From: Blastocystis sp. Blastoise
Lineage: Eukaryota > Protista > Bigyra: Opalinata
Reading direction: 5' to 3'
Assembly (NCBI GenBank): GCA_039096225.1
Contig: JBBPEB010000004.1
Coordinates: 930,001 to 994,000 of the forward strand
DNA: 64,000 nucleotides
Shown here: positions 41,802 to 64,000 of the stretch, in pieces
How the letters are laid out: each line of letters opens with the position of its first letter
Numbering within the stretch: the first letter of the stretch is position 1
Notes under the pieces: model-generated
The model's database searches: none
What the model was told of the DNA's origin: nothing
What the model saw: the letters and a program-made list of their open reading frames with translations, nothing else
Made by a program: the position numbers and the translations under genes

Positions 41802-44535
41802 ATGTCAGAAATTATTGAAGACGTTGTTATTGAAGCTGAAAAGATCAACTCTCTATATCCTTTACAAGAAACTGCTTATGTGATCATCTTTATTTGCTAT
41901 TTTGTTCTTTTCATCTGCGTATTCCCCAGAAAAGGACAAACTATTATTGAAAGAATTGTTGAACTTATCTTCACTTTACTTACAAAGTTTTTCTTTAAAG
42001 ATATCACTGTCAATGGAAAAGAAAAGATTCCTAAAAAAGGACCTGTGATTCTTGTTTGTGCTCCTCATGCTAATCAATTTGTTGATGCTATGATTGTTTC
42101 TAGCCAAATGCCTAGAAAAGTTTATTTTATTGGTGCTGCTTCTAGTTTTAAGATTCCAGTTGTTGGTACTTTTATGAAATTAATGAATAGTATTATTCCT
42201 TTAAATCGTCCCGATGATTTCGCAATTAAAATAGGAGAAGTTCATGTTAATGGAAGAGAAGTTGTTGTATGTCTATTATTATTATGCTTTTATTGATATG
42301 TTTTTATTTTTATATCAATATTTTAAACATTATATATATATTATATATATATAGGGAACAAACACTCATTTTACTGAATATAATCCTGAAAAAGCTTATT
42401 TATTAGTATGTATTTAGTATTATTATTTTTTGAAATATACTTTATATTCTTATATATATGTATATATAGTTAGGTAAGCATAAGATTGCTATAGAAAAGG
42501 TTATTGATGACACTCATATACTTATTGCTGAAGATATCCCTAAAACTCCTTCCCCCGCGGGAGAAGACGAACTTCCTAAACCAAAGACACCTGAAGAACT
42601 CAAAGAAGAAGAAGGAATCTATGTTTGTAAGGTATATAGATTTATTTTATACTGTTTTTATTTTTTACTTAATAATATGTAATATATATAATATATAATA
42701 TATATAATATATACTATATACTATATAGTTTGTGCCTCATTTAGATAATCATAAGATGTTTAATGAAACATATGATAAGTTATTAGATAATAATTGTGTA
42801 GCCATCTTCCCTGAGGGCGGATCGCATGATAGACCAGATTTATTACCCTTAAAAGTTGGTGTTTCTCTTCTTTCACTTGGATTCAAAACTTTATATCCTG
42901 ATCAAGAATTAACTGTTATCCCCGTGGGAATGAATTATTATCATCAATATATCTTTAGAAAAGCTACAGTCCTTGTAGATATTGGTGATCCTATTCCTTA
43001 TTCTCAGTATCTTAAGGGATATACAGAAGGAGGAGAAGAAAAGAGAGATGTATATATATAAGTTATTCATAATATATGATAATACTATTCTTAAGATATT
43101 GCTATTATTGCTATTATTATTATTCTATATATATATAGTGTGTTTCTTCTTTCTTAAATGATATTCGTGAAGGCTTAAATAACGTTACAACCACTGCATC
43201 TGATTGGGAGATTAACAAAGAAGTAACGGCTGCTCGTCGTATATATACGAATAATAAGGTTAAATTAACAACTGAAGAAAAAGTTAAGATTCAAAGACAT
43301 TTTATTGATGGGTATATATATATATATATAATTTATTTTGATAAAGATATTATTAATTTTTTTTTTAATTCTATATATCTTACATTTTAAAACAAATATA
43401 TATGATTATTAAATAATAATACTATATATATATATAGTTTAAAGGAATATGGTGAAGAAGAAGATGTTCGTCAGATACGTAATGATATAGAACGTTATAG
43501 AGATTATATGGAACTCACTGGATTCAGTGATAAACAAGTATATATATATATATGTATTATTATAATATATTCTCATATTCTATATAATCTTTATTTTTAT
43601 ACTATATATATATATACTATTATATACCTATAGATTGTTGAACAAGGTGCTAACCCTAAGGCGAAAGTATATATCCCTTCTCTTTTATTCGCTTTATTTA
43701 TGTGCTTCATTACTGGTATTCCTTCATTACCTGGTTTCCTCTTATCTATTCCAATGTATATTATTGTTCCTATATATTCATCAAAGAAACAGAAGAAAGC
43801 TCTTGCTAAGTCTTATGTAAAGATTGAAGCTAAGGATGTTCTTGCTACTAATAAAGTATATATTTATAAATATTAATATAATATATTTATATATCGATAT
43901 ATATATATTTTATTTATCTCTATATTTAAATATATATAGATTATATCGACTGTGGTTATCTTTATTATTCTGTTATTCCTCTATCCTCTCCTCCTCCTTC
44001 TTGTCCTTAGTCATTCTTACTCTATTCGTATGACAGGAATGGAATACTTCTCTATTGTCTGTATGTTACCCTGGATCCTGTACTTAGGAGTATTTATGGG
44101 AGGTATATATATAGTTATATCTTATGTTTTATTATTATAAATTAGTATCTCTTGAATATATTACTAAATATTTTCGAATATTATATTCTATATATAGAGA
44201 GATATTTGTATTATTTCAACATGTGTCGTGTTCTTGTATGGAGAGTTGGAAATTCTTCTAAAGGTCAATTACTTTATGAAAGACGTCAAAAGATACAAAA
44301 TTCTTTATATACTTTAGTTGAGAAATATGGACCTCAGTTATATTCTAATTTCAATGAAAAACGTATTCTTAATAAAGGTATATATTTATTATGTTTTCTC
44401 TATATTATATAATATTTCTTCATGAATCTGATTATATATAATATATATTTAATATATATAGATGGTACTCCTAAGATTGGACGTGTGAAGACTATTTTAA
44501 ATATGGTTGACATTCTTAAAGATCAATATATATAA
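41802..44535 (+). CDS. Glycerol-3-phosphate/DHAP acyltransferase (Sct1/Gpt2-like)
   Basis: APHANQFVD, IFPEGGSHDRPDLLPLK, IPVGMNY and LAKSYVKIEAKDVLATNK; about 9 GT-AG introns. Confidence 0.9.
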
Positions 44536-44964
44536 ATGAATTGAGTATTATTTATAAATATGTTGATTGCTATACATTATTTGTATATCTACATCTTTCT
44601 TTATGATGTATCTATCTAATATAATCTATGTTTTTCTTTATATTATACAGTTTTTATGAATTCATTTTTTTTAATATTTTGGTTTATTCTCAATATATTA
44701 AAAATATAGAATTCTGTTTTTCTTATATAATAATTTGTGTTCTCTATTGTTTTGTTTATATTTATATTATTATTATTTTTTATTCATAAATGGAATTGTG
44801 ATTATTTAATATATATGTATTAACAATATAAAATAAAACAATACAATATATAAAATAAGGATAAAGAATAGAAACTAAAAAGAAATGACAATATCAGAAG
44901 ATAATATACATAGAGTATAAAACATAACTTCTTTCATAATATATATATATATATATATATATAT

Positions 44965-46288
<1,324 letters not shown>

Positions 46289-46720
46289 TGTACTTTCTTA
46301 AAGTTTTATAAAACGTTCACTGATTGAAAGAAATGGAATAAACAATAACAGAAACAATTTAGATGTATTTCTTGTGATTCCCGTGGAAAAAACCAATATT
46401 ACTGCGAAAAATAACGTATTATCCAAAACTTTGAGTAGATAGGGGAATAAATGTGTTTAGACTTCAGTTGGCTTAAATATTCCTACTTTTCCCATTCTTT
46501 TCCCTCTATATACGTAGTTGAATGTTCTTTATAGATTAATTCAGAAACATTCAGAGACTTCTAGTTTAATCAGTATTCCCCTTTCTCATGATTATTTCTA
46601 TTTCTTCAGCGTTTTTCTTTATTTTTTAATGATTCTAACGAATTCTAAAAATTCTCTTTTTCATTTTTTTCTGTGTTTCATAGTTCTTTGTCATATAGCA
46701 AGTTATTTGATTTTATTGAA

Positions 46721-48633
46721 ATGATATCATTAGTTTATTTATGCTTATGCTTCATTCTTCTCTTTTTAATGGTAATTAATATCTTTATTTACCCTGATTC
46801 ACATTTAGATACGTTTTTTCATGTGGCTATTTAGTCCTATCATCTCTTGGATGAAAGGAGATACTAACAAAGTATATGATTCAGAGAAAACATTTTATGA
46901 TCCACAATCTGAGGAATATCATGAGTTTCCATCGTTAAATGATCCAGCAACTATTGATTTATCTATTGTTATTCCTGCTTATAATGAAGAAAATAGAATG
47001 AGAAGTATGCTAGATGCTACAATTCATTTCTTAAAAGAACGAGAGGAACGTGAAAAATCAAATTCTCATGTGTTTACATGGGAGATTATCATAGTTGATG
47101 ATGGTAGTAGAGACAACACGAAAGAAATTGGTTATGAATATTCTAAAGAATATGGTGTAGAACATGTTCGTGTTTTAGTTGAAGATCATAATCGTGGAAA
47201 AGGAGCTGCAGTAAAATGGGTATGTCTATTTATTATTTAAAAACAATATTTTTATGAATATATATATTAAAGAAAAATGTTGTCAAATGTTTTATTATTA
47301 TTTTCATACTGTTCATCTATGTTTTAGTTTATGTTCGTTATTTATATATAATAAGAACTAATGTTATAAATATTATTATTTCTTAGGGAATGCTTCGTTC
47401 CCGTGGGAAATATTGTTTAATGGCGGATGCTGATGGTGCTACTAAGATAGAAGATGAAGAAGCTTTGGAGGCATATATAGTGAGAGAGAAAGGACATATA
47501 GCTGTAGGTAGTCGAAAAGTCAATAATGAAGAAACAGGAACTAAAGTATATATATATTAGTTTTTAAAAATATTCTTATTTTCAAATAATTATGAGATAT
47601 ATATTTGTATTATTTTTTATAGTTTTATTGCTATTGATAGAATTTTTATATTCTTGATAAATTTTTTGATATTATATATTTTATAAATATATCTTTTTAT
47701 TATTAATGAATATATTATTTTATTATTATTAATTGATTATGATATATAATATATAATATATAATATATAATATATAATATATAATATATAATATATAATA
47801 TATAATATATAATATATAATATATAATATATAATATATAATATATAATATATAATATATAATATATAATATATAATATATAATATATAATATATAATATA
47901 TAATATATAATATATAATATATAATATATAATATATAATATATAATATATAATATATAATATATAATATATAATATATAATATAGAGAAGTCCCCTTCGT
48001 TTGTTTTTTATGAATGGTTTCCATTTATGTGTTGAGATTCTCAGTGGAATTCGAAACATTCGAGACACACAAGTATATATATATATAAATATATTCTTTA
48101 TTTTTATATACTTTATCAGCCAGCATTATGTTTCTAAATAGACAATAATGATATGTATATAATCTATATATAAATATATTATATATATAGTGTGGATTCA
48201 AGTTGTTTTCTAGGGAAGCTGCTCGTGTATTATTTAATACACTACATATATACAGATGGGCTTTTGATATTGAATTATTAATTATTGCATCTCAAATGAA
48301 CTATAATGTCAAAGTATATATATATTATTATATTCATTAAATGTTATAATATATATCTTTATATCTTGTTGCATGCTCCTTAAAAATTCAAGTTATTCTT
48401 TCATTTTATACTTTTAAACTAATTATTATAGTACAGTATAGGTAATATCATTTCATATATATATATATATATAGGAAGTTGCTGTACATTGGGAAGAAGT
48501 CCCTGGCTCAAAAGTCAGTATTATTTCAGCTTCTATCACTATGCTACGAGATATGGCAGCTACTAGATTTGCTTATCTTATAGGTTTATGGACGATTGAC
48601 TCTAAGCAAACCTTCAAATCAAAATCTGAATAA
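46721..48633 (+). CDS. ALG5: Dolichyl-phosphate beta-glucosyltransferase
   Basis: LSIVIPAYNEE, VDDGSRD, NRGKGAAV, MADADGAT, DTQCGFKLFSR, WAFDIEL and EVAVHWEEVPGSK; N-terminal signal-anchor exon at 46721. Confidence 0.95.
47745..47983. repeat. Intronic (TATAATA)n 7-mer repeat running up to the 3' splice site
   Basis: Directly visible in an ALG5 intron. Confidence 0.95.
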
Positions 48634-49168
48634 TTTTCTGTATTTTTCTTCTTTTTATTTATTATTTAAAAAATAAAAACTGAAAAGCATTGAGTCCGTA
48701 ATCATGTTCATGCTTTCCATTATTTGTTTTTAATATTTTCGTGTAGTAGGGATGATTCAATTATCTGTGTCTCTTTTCTATTTTTCTTAAATTATTCTTT
48801 AAACAAAAAAATGTTGTCTTTGCTCAATGTTTATGATAAATAACAACGTATTCACATTCATTGACCCATTTAATGAAATATCTTTTCCTCTTTTCTTTTT
48901 TTTGTTACTTATCGTGACTTATAAAACATAACTTGATTGATTATGCTTATATAAATAATGGAAAAGGAGTTTATTTTTTATAAAATAGTTTTTTATTATA
49001 AAGTTAAAATACCTGCAGAAAAATATAAAAAACCACGGGACGGTACGTCTGATGCTGTGATTTCGTATCATGTTCTTTCTTTAACAAGAAAAACCGAAAG
49101 AGAAAGACTTCTTTTTTTCTAAAACTTCTTTTTTATTTTTCTCTATTATATAATTTAAATTAATTAAA

Positions 49169-50648
49169 ATGCCTATCATTTTTCCTGGAGAAGAAGATAC
49201 AAAACAAGAGTTGATGGAAAATTCTTTAAATTCTAAAGGATTCTTATTACCATCTGTTCCTCATGTTCATGAATACTGTGCAACTAATTTTGGATCTGAA
49301 TATAATGATCAACATCAAGAATTAAAGTTTGCTAAAGGTACAACTACCTTAGCTTTCATATATCAAGGAGGTGTCATTGTATCTGTCGATTCTAGAGCTA
49401 CTCAAGGACCATTCATTGCTTCTCAAGCCGTCAAAAAAATCATTGAAATCAACCCTTTCCTTCTTGGAACAATGGCTGGAGGTGCTGCTGATTGCTATTA
49501 TTGGGAACGTAAACTTGGTGTTGAAGCTAGGTAATCCTTTTATTTATATATATGCTCATTTTCTTTTATAATTTAATCTCACTTATAAACAACATTATTC
49601 ATATATTGCTTATTTATATATATAGAATGTGGGAACTTCGTAACGGTGAACGTATTTCTGTTTGTGCTGCTTCAAAAATTTTACATGATATGCTTTATTA
49701 TTATAAGGATTATGGTCTTTCTGTGGGTACTATGATCTCTGGATGGGATAAAAATGTATATATATATGCGAATTATACAGATATTTATATTTTATGTTGA
49801 ATATTACTGTATAGTATATTATATTTATTATTTGCATAGTTTTTATTATTGACATAATTGTTTTTTTAGCACATAATAAAATATATTGTTTTGTATAATA
49901 TAGTGATTATTATTTATATATTAGATATCTATTAAGGAATTATATATTTAATATATATATTATATATATATATATATGAATATATTTTAACATATATTTT
50001 AATATATATTTTAATATATATTTTAATATATATATCTATCAATATATCTCTCACAATATTACTATATCACTATATATCTCTCTCTATGTCTCTAGGGTCC
50101 TCAGTTATATTATTTGGATAATGATGGTACACGTCTAAAGGCATCGACAGATCGTCCCTACTTCAGTTGCGGTAGTGGATCTACTTATGCTTATGGTATA
50201 CTAGATAGTCTATACAAATATGATATGACAGGTATATACATATATATTAACTATAGATAAATAGTATATATATAAATGTAATAAAATTGTTTTATATACA
50301 ATTAAAATAATATTTTATTTATAGTATGGAGTAATAATAATAATAATTATATATATATATAGACAGATGCCGAAGCCTATGAATTAGGCCGAAAAGCTAT
50401 TTATCACGCTACACACAGAGATGCCATGTCAGGTGGTTTTAATAATTGTATATATATATATATCTTCTTCTTATTCTATTATAATTCTATTTCTCATATG
50501 AATATATAAATAATATATAAAATAATGTTTATTTTACTTTTTCTTTTCTTTAGTATACCACGTGAAAGAAGATGGTTGGCACGTGATTTATCACACAGAT
50601 GTTAAGGAATTACACGAATTATATGGTCAACAATCACTTCTTCATTAA
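49169..50648 (+). CDS. PSMB5: 20S proteasome subunit beta-5
   Basis: [32 protein letters not shown] and [10 protein letters not shown]. Confidence 0.97.
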
Positions 50649-50895
50649 ACATTTGCGTTATTTTTATGTAATATCATTTTCTTTTCCAATATATGAATAT
50701 ATACATTTTTTATAATTTATTTTCAAAGTAGTATTATATTGCTTATTTAGTTATCAGATATTATTTAAATTGAAATAAGAATAACAAAGTTAAAACATAC
50801 TATTATATGAACATATGCTTATTAAAAGAGAGAGAAATAACAGTTATATATATCAAAAATATGAAACAAAATCTAAAACACTGATATATAACATT

Positions 50896-54353
<3,458 letters not shown>

Positions 54354-54864
54354 TGTATGTTTAATGGAATAATTGTTGAATGAATATAGATTGCTATTCG
54401 TTTATATAATGGGAATTATAAAAAATCATGACAGTGTTTCTCCTTTTGTACAGAAATAGAGAATTTTTTTCCGAACCTGATGTGATGCTCGTTTTCTTTT
54501 TTTTTAATTCTTTTTCATAAACTGAATATTTTTTATTTATGAGGAATACCATGGAAAATTGATGTATTTTTCTGCTTTATATATTTTTACTTCTATCTTT
54601 ATAAGAATAATTGATGAGCTTTTATTATATAAATAACAAATAACGATTAAAATAGGTGACAAATTGACTAGAATAAATTCTATTCCATTAAAGAATATAT
54701 AGAGAATATAAATAGGTTTGTGGGATAAACAAAACAATATATTTGTTTAATATAAGTATATTATTTATTCAGAAAAAAGAATAACAGTAAAAGGTAACAT
54801 ATATGAATATAAAAGAGATTTGATAGATAATTATTCTATATATATATATATATATATATCATGT

Positions 54865-59521
<4,657 letters not shown>

Positions 59522-59977
59522 GTCTATTACAAATATATATGTAAACTAAAGTTTATGATATCATTTCACAATAGTTTCTCGTTATTCAGTGGTATTCAGT
59601 CCCGTTTAATGGATAAAAATCTCACAGATAATAATGCGAAACACAAATATTCAGCAAGAAATGAGGTTTTCAGACAAAACTTTTATTTCACATATTTCTG
59701 TCGTTTCCTTTCAATTATCATTTTATAAATCATTGTTTTAGAGTTTAATAAGAAAATAAGATTTCAATGAAATGATTATAGAAAGAAATATGTTAAGAAA
59801 TTTATGTAGTTTGTGATAATTATGGTTATCGAGATCTTCTCATATGATGAGACATTTAATAATTATAGGGAGATTCGTTTCATATAACAATTATCCAAAA
59901 AATACGTGCTTTATCTCGATCCTTGAATAATTATTGAAAACAAAACAAAATATAATATAATATTTAAAGTATTTCAA

Positions 59978-62644
59978 TCATGTATTATTCGATTTCGTAA
60001 TATAAACATTAAATAGAGGATGTTTCAGATACTTTAGAGAGTTTCCATTCTAAATATGTTAATATAGAATTCTATACAACATTATTAAAATATATACTTC
60101 TACATTAAAGTTGTTATATATAAATAAAGCATCAGAATGATCTTGAAACTATACATATTTTTATATTTAATATAAATTGATACATATATACTTTCAATTG
60201 ATTGATATATGAAGAAGAATAAGAGGAAACATAAGAAGTGATTTCGTTCAACCAATCATCTTTCTTCATTTTTTCATTCCATTCAGATATTCTTTTGGAT
60301 AAAATAATTTTTGTTGTTACTATATAGAATATTATTAAATTATATATATATAAAGAAGATAAAATTAAAAAAAAATGAAATGTAATATAATAAAAGTAAA
60401 AAAATAAACTTAAAAATAAGAAAATTGAAAAAAGGAAAAGACTAGAAAAAAAAACAATAAATAAACATAATAAAACAATACAAAAACAGTATACATTTTT
60501 GAATATCAATCTGTAAAACCATGAGCGTAGCTAGCGTAGGAGGATTCTGAATATCTTTCAGATTCTTTCTACAGAGTACTGTACCTATACATAGAAGAAT
60601 ACATATACCTTCTTCTTGTAATTGAATTCCCACGGGAAACGAATGAAAGTCAAGAAGTTGTGTAGTGTATATACATAGATGTCCTTGATTATGATAATAA
60701 GAGTATATATAGGAATAGAGGAAAATATCAAAGTCAAAGGTGAGGAGTGAAGGTACCTAGAGAGAAAAAGGTGGATATATAATATAGATTAAAAAGATAA
60801 GTATATATATAGAGAGTAGAAGATAATAATGCAATTAGTAAAGGTGAAAATAGTATAGAATAAGAGGAAAATAAAATGGAAAATAAAAGGATATATAAAC
60901 TACTGAAGAGAATGAAATAAAAAAATAGAGATAGAAAATAAATAATGGAATTACATAAACAATTGTTATGCAATTTAATAACAATAAAAAGACAAGAAGA
61001 ATATTTTATAATAAAGTCAATGTAAATTATATTTTAAAAATAAAAATAATTCATTTTTCTACTTATAAGAAATAATAATAATAATATACAAGAAGTAATT
61101 TATGATTAGAGTCAACCATAACTTTTTTATTCTCTATGTTATTTATATAATCTTCTTCATCTTTTCTATATATAGATCCCCAAATACCTGATGAATATTC
61201 GACACTTGGAGAAGTTTCAGATGATTTCAGCCACTTTTGAGATTCATGGGTAGTGTAGAAGAGTGTTGAATTGATGGATTCAGAAAATATGGAGGAAGAT
61301 GTTTGTGTTTGCCGCCTTTTTGGAGGAGAGGTACGAAATAGAGAAGGAGAAGGAAGTTGTCTTTTAGGTTTTGTTTTTATGGGACTTGTAGAAGAAATAA
61401 GGGATGCATTATTCATATTAAGAGGAAGAGAATCCTCGTCTAAGGAACAACATTTGTTATAATAAGTTTCCTTTTGCTTATTGATAATTGTATAGATATT
61501 TAGTTGTGTTTCACCTTTTATACAGAGATAGGTTCCGAGAATATGTTGATTCCCACGGTTATCTCTCTTTAAAATAGGATAAAAAAGAAATAAAGAGGAA
61601 GAAAAAGAAGAGAATAATAATGGACAATGAATATGAAGAGAAGAAACAGAAGTTAAGGTAGACAGAAATACTAGATATATTATAATTATAATGAGAGATA
61701 AGAAATAATCATATTTTTATAATATTGAAAGTAAGAAAATATATTAAAATAATTATAGTATTGAAAACAAGAAGATAATTATAATATAATGATAATATAA
61801 TAATAATAATAATATATGGGAATAAATAAAAAAATAGTAGTGTTTAGGGTTTATCAAAATAATAATAATGATAATAAACATAATAAACATAATAAATATA
61901 ATAAATATAAATATAATAAATATAATAAACATAAAAAATTTAATAAATATAATAAACATGATAATAAACATAATAAACCTAATAATTACATGGTTCTTGT
62001 GGTAAAAGAATAATTGAGATATCAATTTGATGATGAGGGTCACAATTGCATATAGGTATAGAAATAGAAGCTAGATAAATAATGATTTATGAACTCTTGT
62101 AAATATAATTGAAAACAAATAATTCTATTGAAAATAGGATACAACTAATTATTAATCAATGCAATGAATACAAAAATAAATATAAAAAATACTCATAAAG
62201 TCATTGTTTAAGTCTTGATACAATAATATTTTTGAAGGGAGACTTTCATGGACAAATAATTGATTTGGTCTATGATTATTCAAGATTATAGGAAATATTC
62301 CATATATTGACAATGGCTAGAAATATATTAGGATGCTAAATGACTGAAAATGTACTTTTGTAATCGAGAATGGACAAATATATAAATAAGTCTGATTCGT
62401 ACTTTTCTTATATCCAACTGTAGAAGGATAATAAATAAAAATAATACTATGTACATACATAAGAATTGACCGGTTGCATCAAAATTGATGAATATACAGT
62501 CTTTTAGAGATGACACTGACGCTACAAGTTGATCAAATGAGATATATATTTTCTAGCAATAAGTAGATGAAATAATTGACATTTATATACTTTAAATTTC
62601 TTTAATCTCTCAGATATTCTTTTTGTAACGGGTGTGAGAGTCAT
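59978..62644 (-). CDS. Possible DCAF15-like protein; internal exon structure uncertain
   Basis: N-terminal ISFDQLV...CIFINFDATGQFLFGY and C-terminal NGNSLKYLKHPLFNVYI resemble the DCAF15 termini as recalled. Confidence 0.45.
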
Positions 62645-62887
62645 ATAAAGAATATTATTTGTATTATTTATTAAACTTGAGTTGACGAAAAATTTATTTT
62701 TTTATGTCCTTCATAGTTGAAATACTTTTATATAAAAATTCTATTAATGAATACATCATTTTATTAAGTGATTTACTAGAAGATTATGCAAAGCAAAGAC
62801 ATAGAGTGTACAAAACAGTGAAAACAAAAGCAATATCTATAGAACATAATAAAAAACAGCAAGAGATGAGTAAAAATAATAATAAAA

Positions 62888-63531
62888 TTATTTTGGCTTT
62901 TCTACAAGAACATCAAATGTTAATAATTGTTTAGAAAGATCAAAAAGAGCAAAAGATCGTACTTCTAAATCATCTACAATACCAACTCCTTGCAAATAGA
63001 CTAAATTATTAAGGCTTAATACTTGTTTCATCTGAACTTTAACTTCACTAAAACACGGCTTATTATTTTGTTGCTTGTAACTTATTAAAAAAGAATAACT
63101 AGAAATATATATATATATATATAATATATATATAATATATAAAGAAATATATATATATGTAGACATATGTATATAGAAAAAAATTATATATATAGACAAA
63201 AAATTATATATATGAAAAAAATATACACTCCACGAGGAAATCCATATCCATCAATAGGTGTGTAGCTCATTGAAGTAATTTGAGGAGGGGTTGATTCTGT
63301 GTAAAACGTTGCTTGATTGCCACCATTGACAACATTGTAAATAAGTCCAAACCGAAACTCATTTGGTGTTGATCTTGAGTCAGAATAGAATTTATCGATC
63401 ACTGCAAGATTGTCTATCAATTTCTTATTCAAGGAAAGGCAATGAGATTCCAATGATGTATATAAACTATTTGTTAATGATTCATAGTATGCATCGCTAG
63501 GTTCCCTATTATTTTCCATGTCCATATTCAA
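62888..63531 (-). CDS. Hypothetical protein, 2 exons
   Basis: Two coding-like ORFs joined in frame by a GTATAT...TTCTAG intron. Confidence 0.55.
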
Positions 63532-64000
63532 TATATTCCTGCTTTATAAGTGAAAGATTAGCTTGTGAAATGATACTACAATTTTGAAATTTTTTTTTGT
63601 TTTGTTTATTATTTTTGCGAATTTTATAGTAAAAAGCTCATTCATGTGTTTTTCAATACACGGAATATTTTAAATATACAAATTTATAAAGATATATTGA
63701 TTAAGAGAATTCTTTGGATCCAATTGATTATGACACATTAAAATTTGTAGATTCAAACAGTCTTTATGAACAAAAGACCATAAATATGATGTTGTTTCAA
63801 CAATATGAAAACAGATATTGAGACAAATATACGAAATAATATAAAATAATGTATATTTTTAAACAGAAAGAATGGCTACTGAGTATGTTGATACATGAAT
63901 ACTTTAGTGGTGACATTCTGTTGAATAATGGCATATAAATCTTTTGATTCTTGTGAATACAGATCACTATAAATGAATAATTTAAAAAAGTATATTTCTA

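Overview
This is very AT-rich (about 20% GC by eye), gene-dense eukaryotic nuclear DNA. It holds about 22 protein-coding genes, almost all intron-rich, plus one U2 snRNA. The gene families (He_PIG/CBM surface protein, HRM-like repeat protein, BTB-LRR, intronless bacterial-type MFS) and the minor-spliceosome introns suggest a Blastocystis-like stramenopile; this is inference, not searched. Most ORF-track entries are exon fragments or poly-I/L/Y readthrough of intronic microsatellites, so I rebuilt gene models by hand. Main signals: (1) a GC-rich palindrome CCCRYGGG, often within TTCCCRYGGGAA, occurs 14 times exactly, always in coding exons, in different frames and often using rare codons. (2) Most introns start GTATATA and end TATATAG, so their ends are self-complementary, often with no polypyrimidine tract. 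(3) Several junctions have non-canonical ends (GT-AC, AT-AG, duplicated ACAG) that all resemble the spliced mRNA. (4) Two AT-AC U12-type introns. (5) A 1.7 kb near-identical duplication joining two divergent TMEM62-like N-termini to the same gene body.
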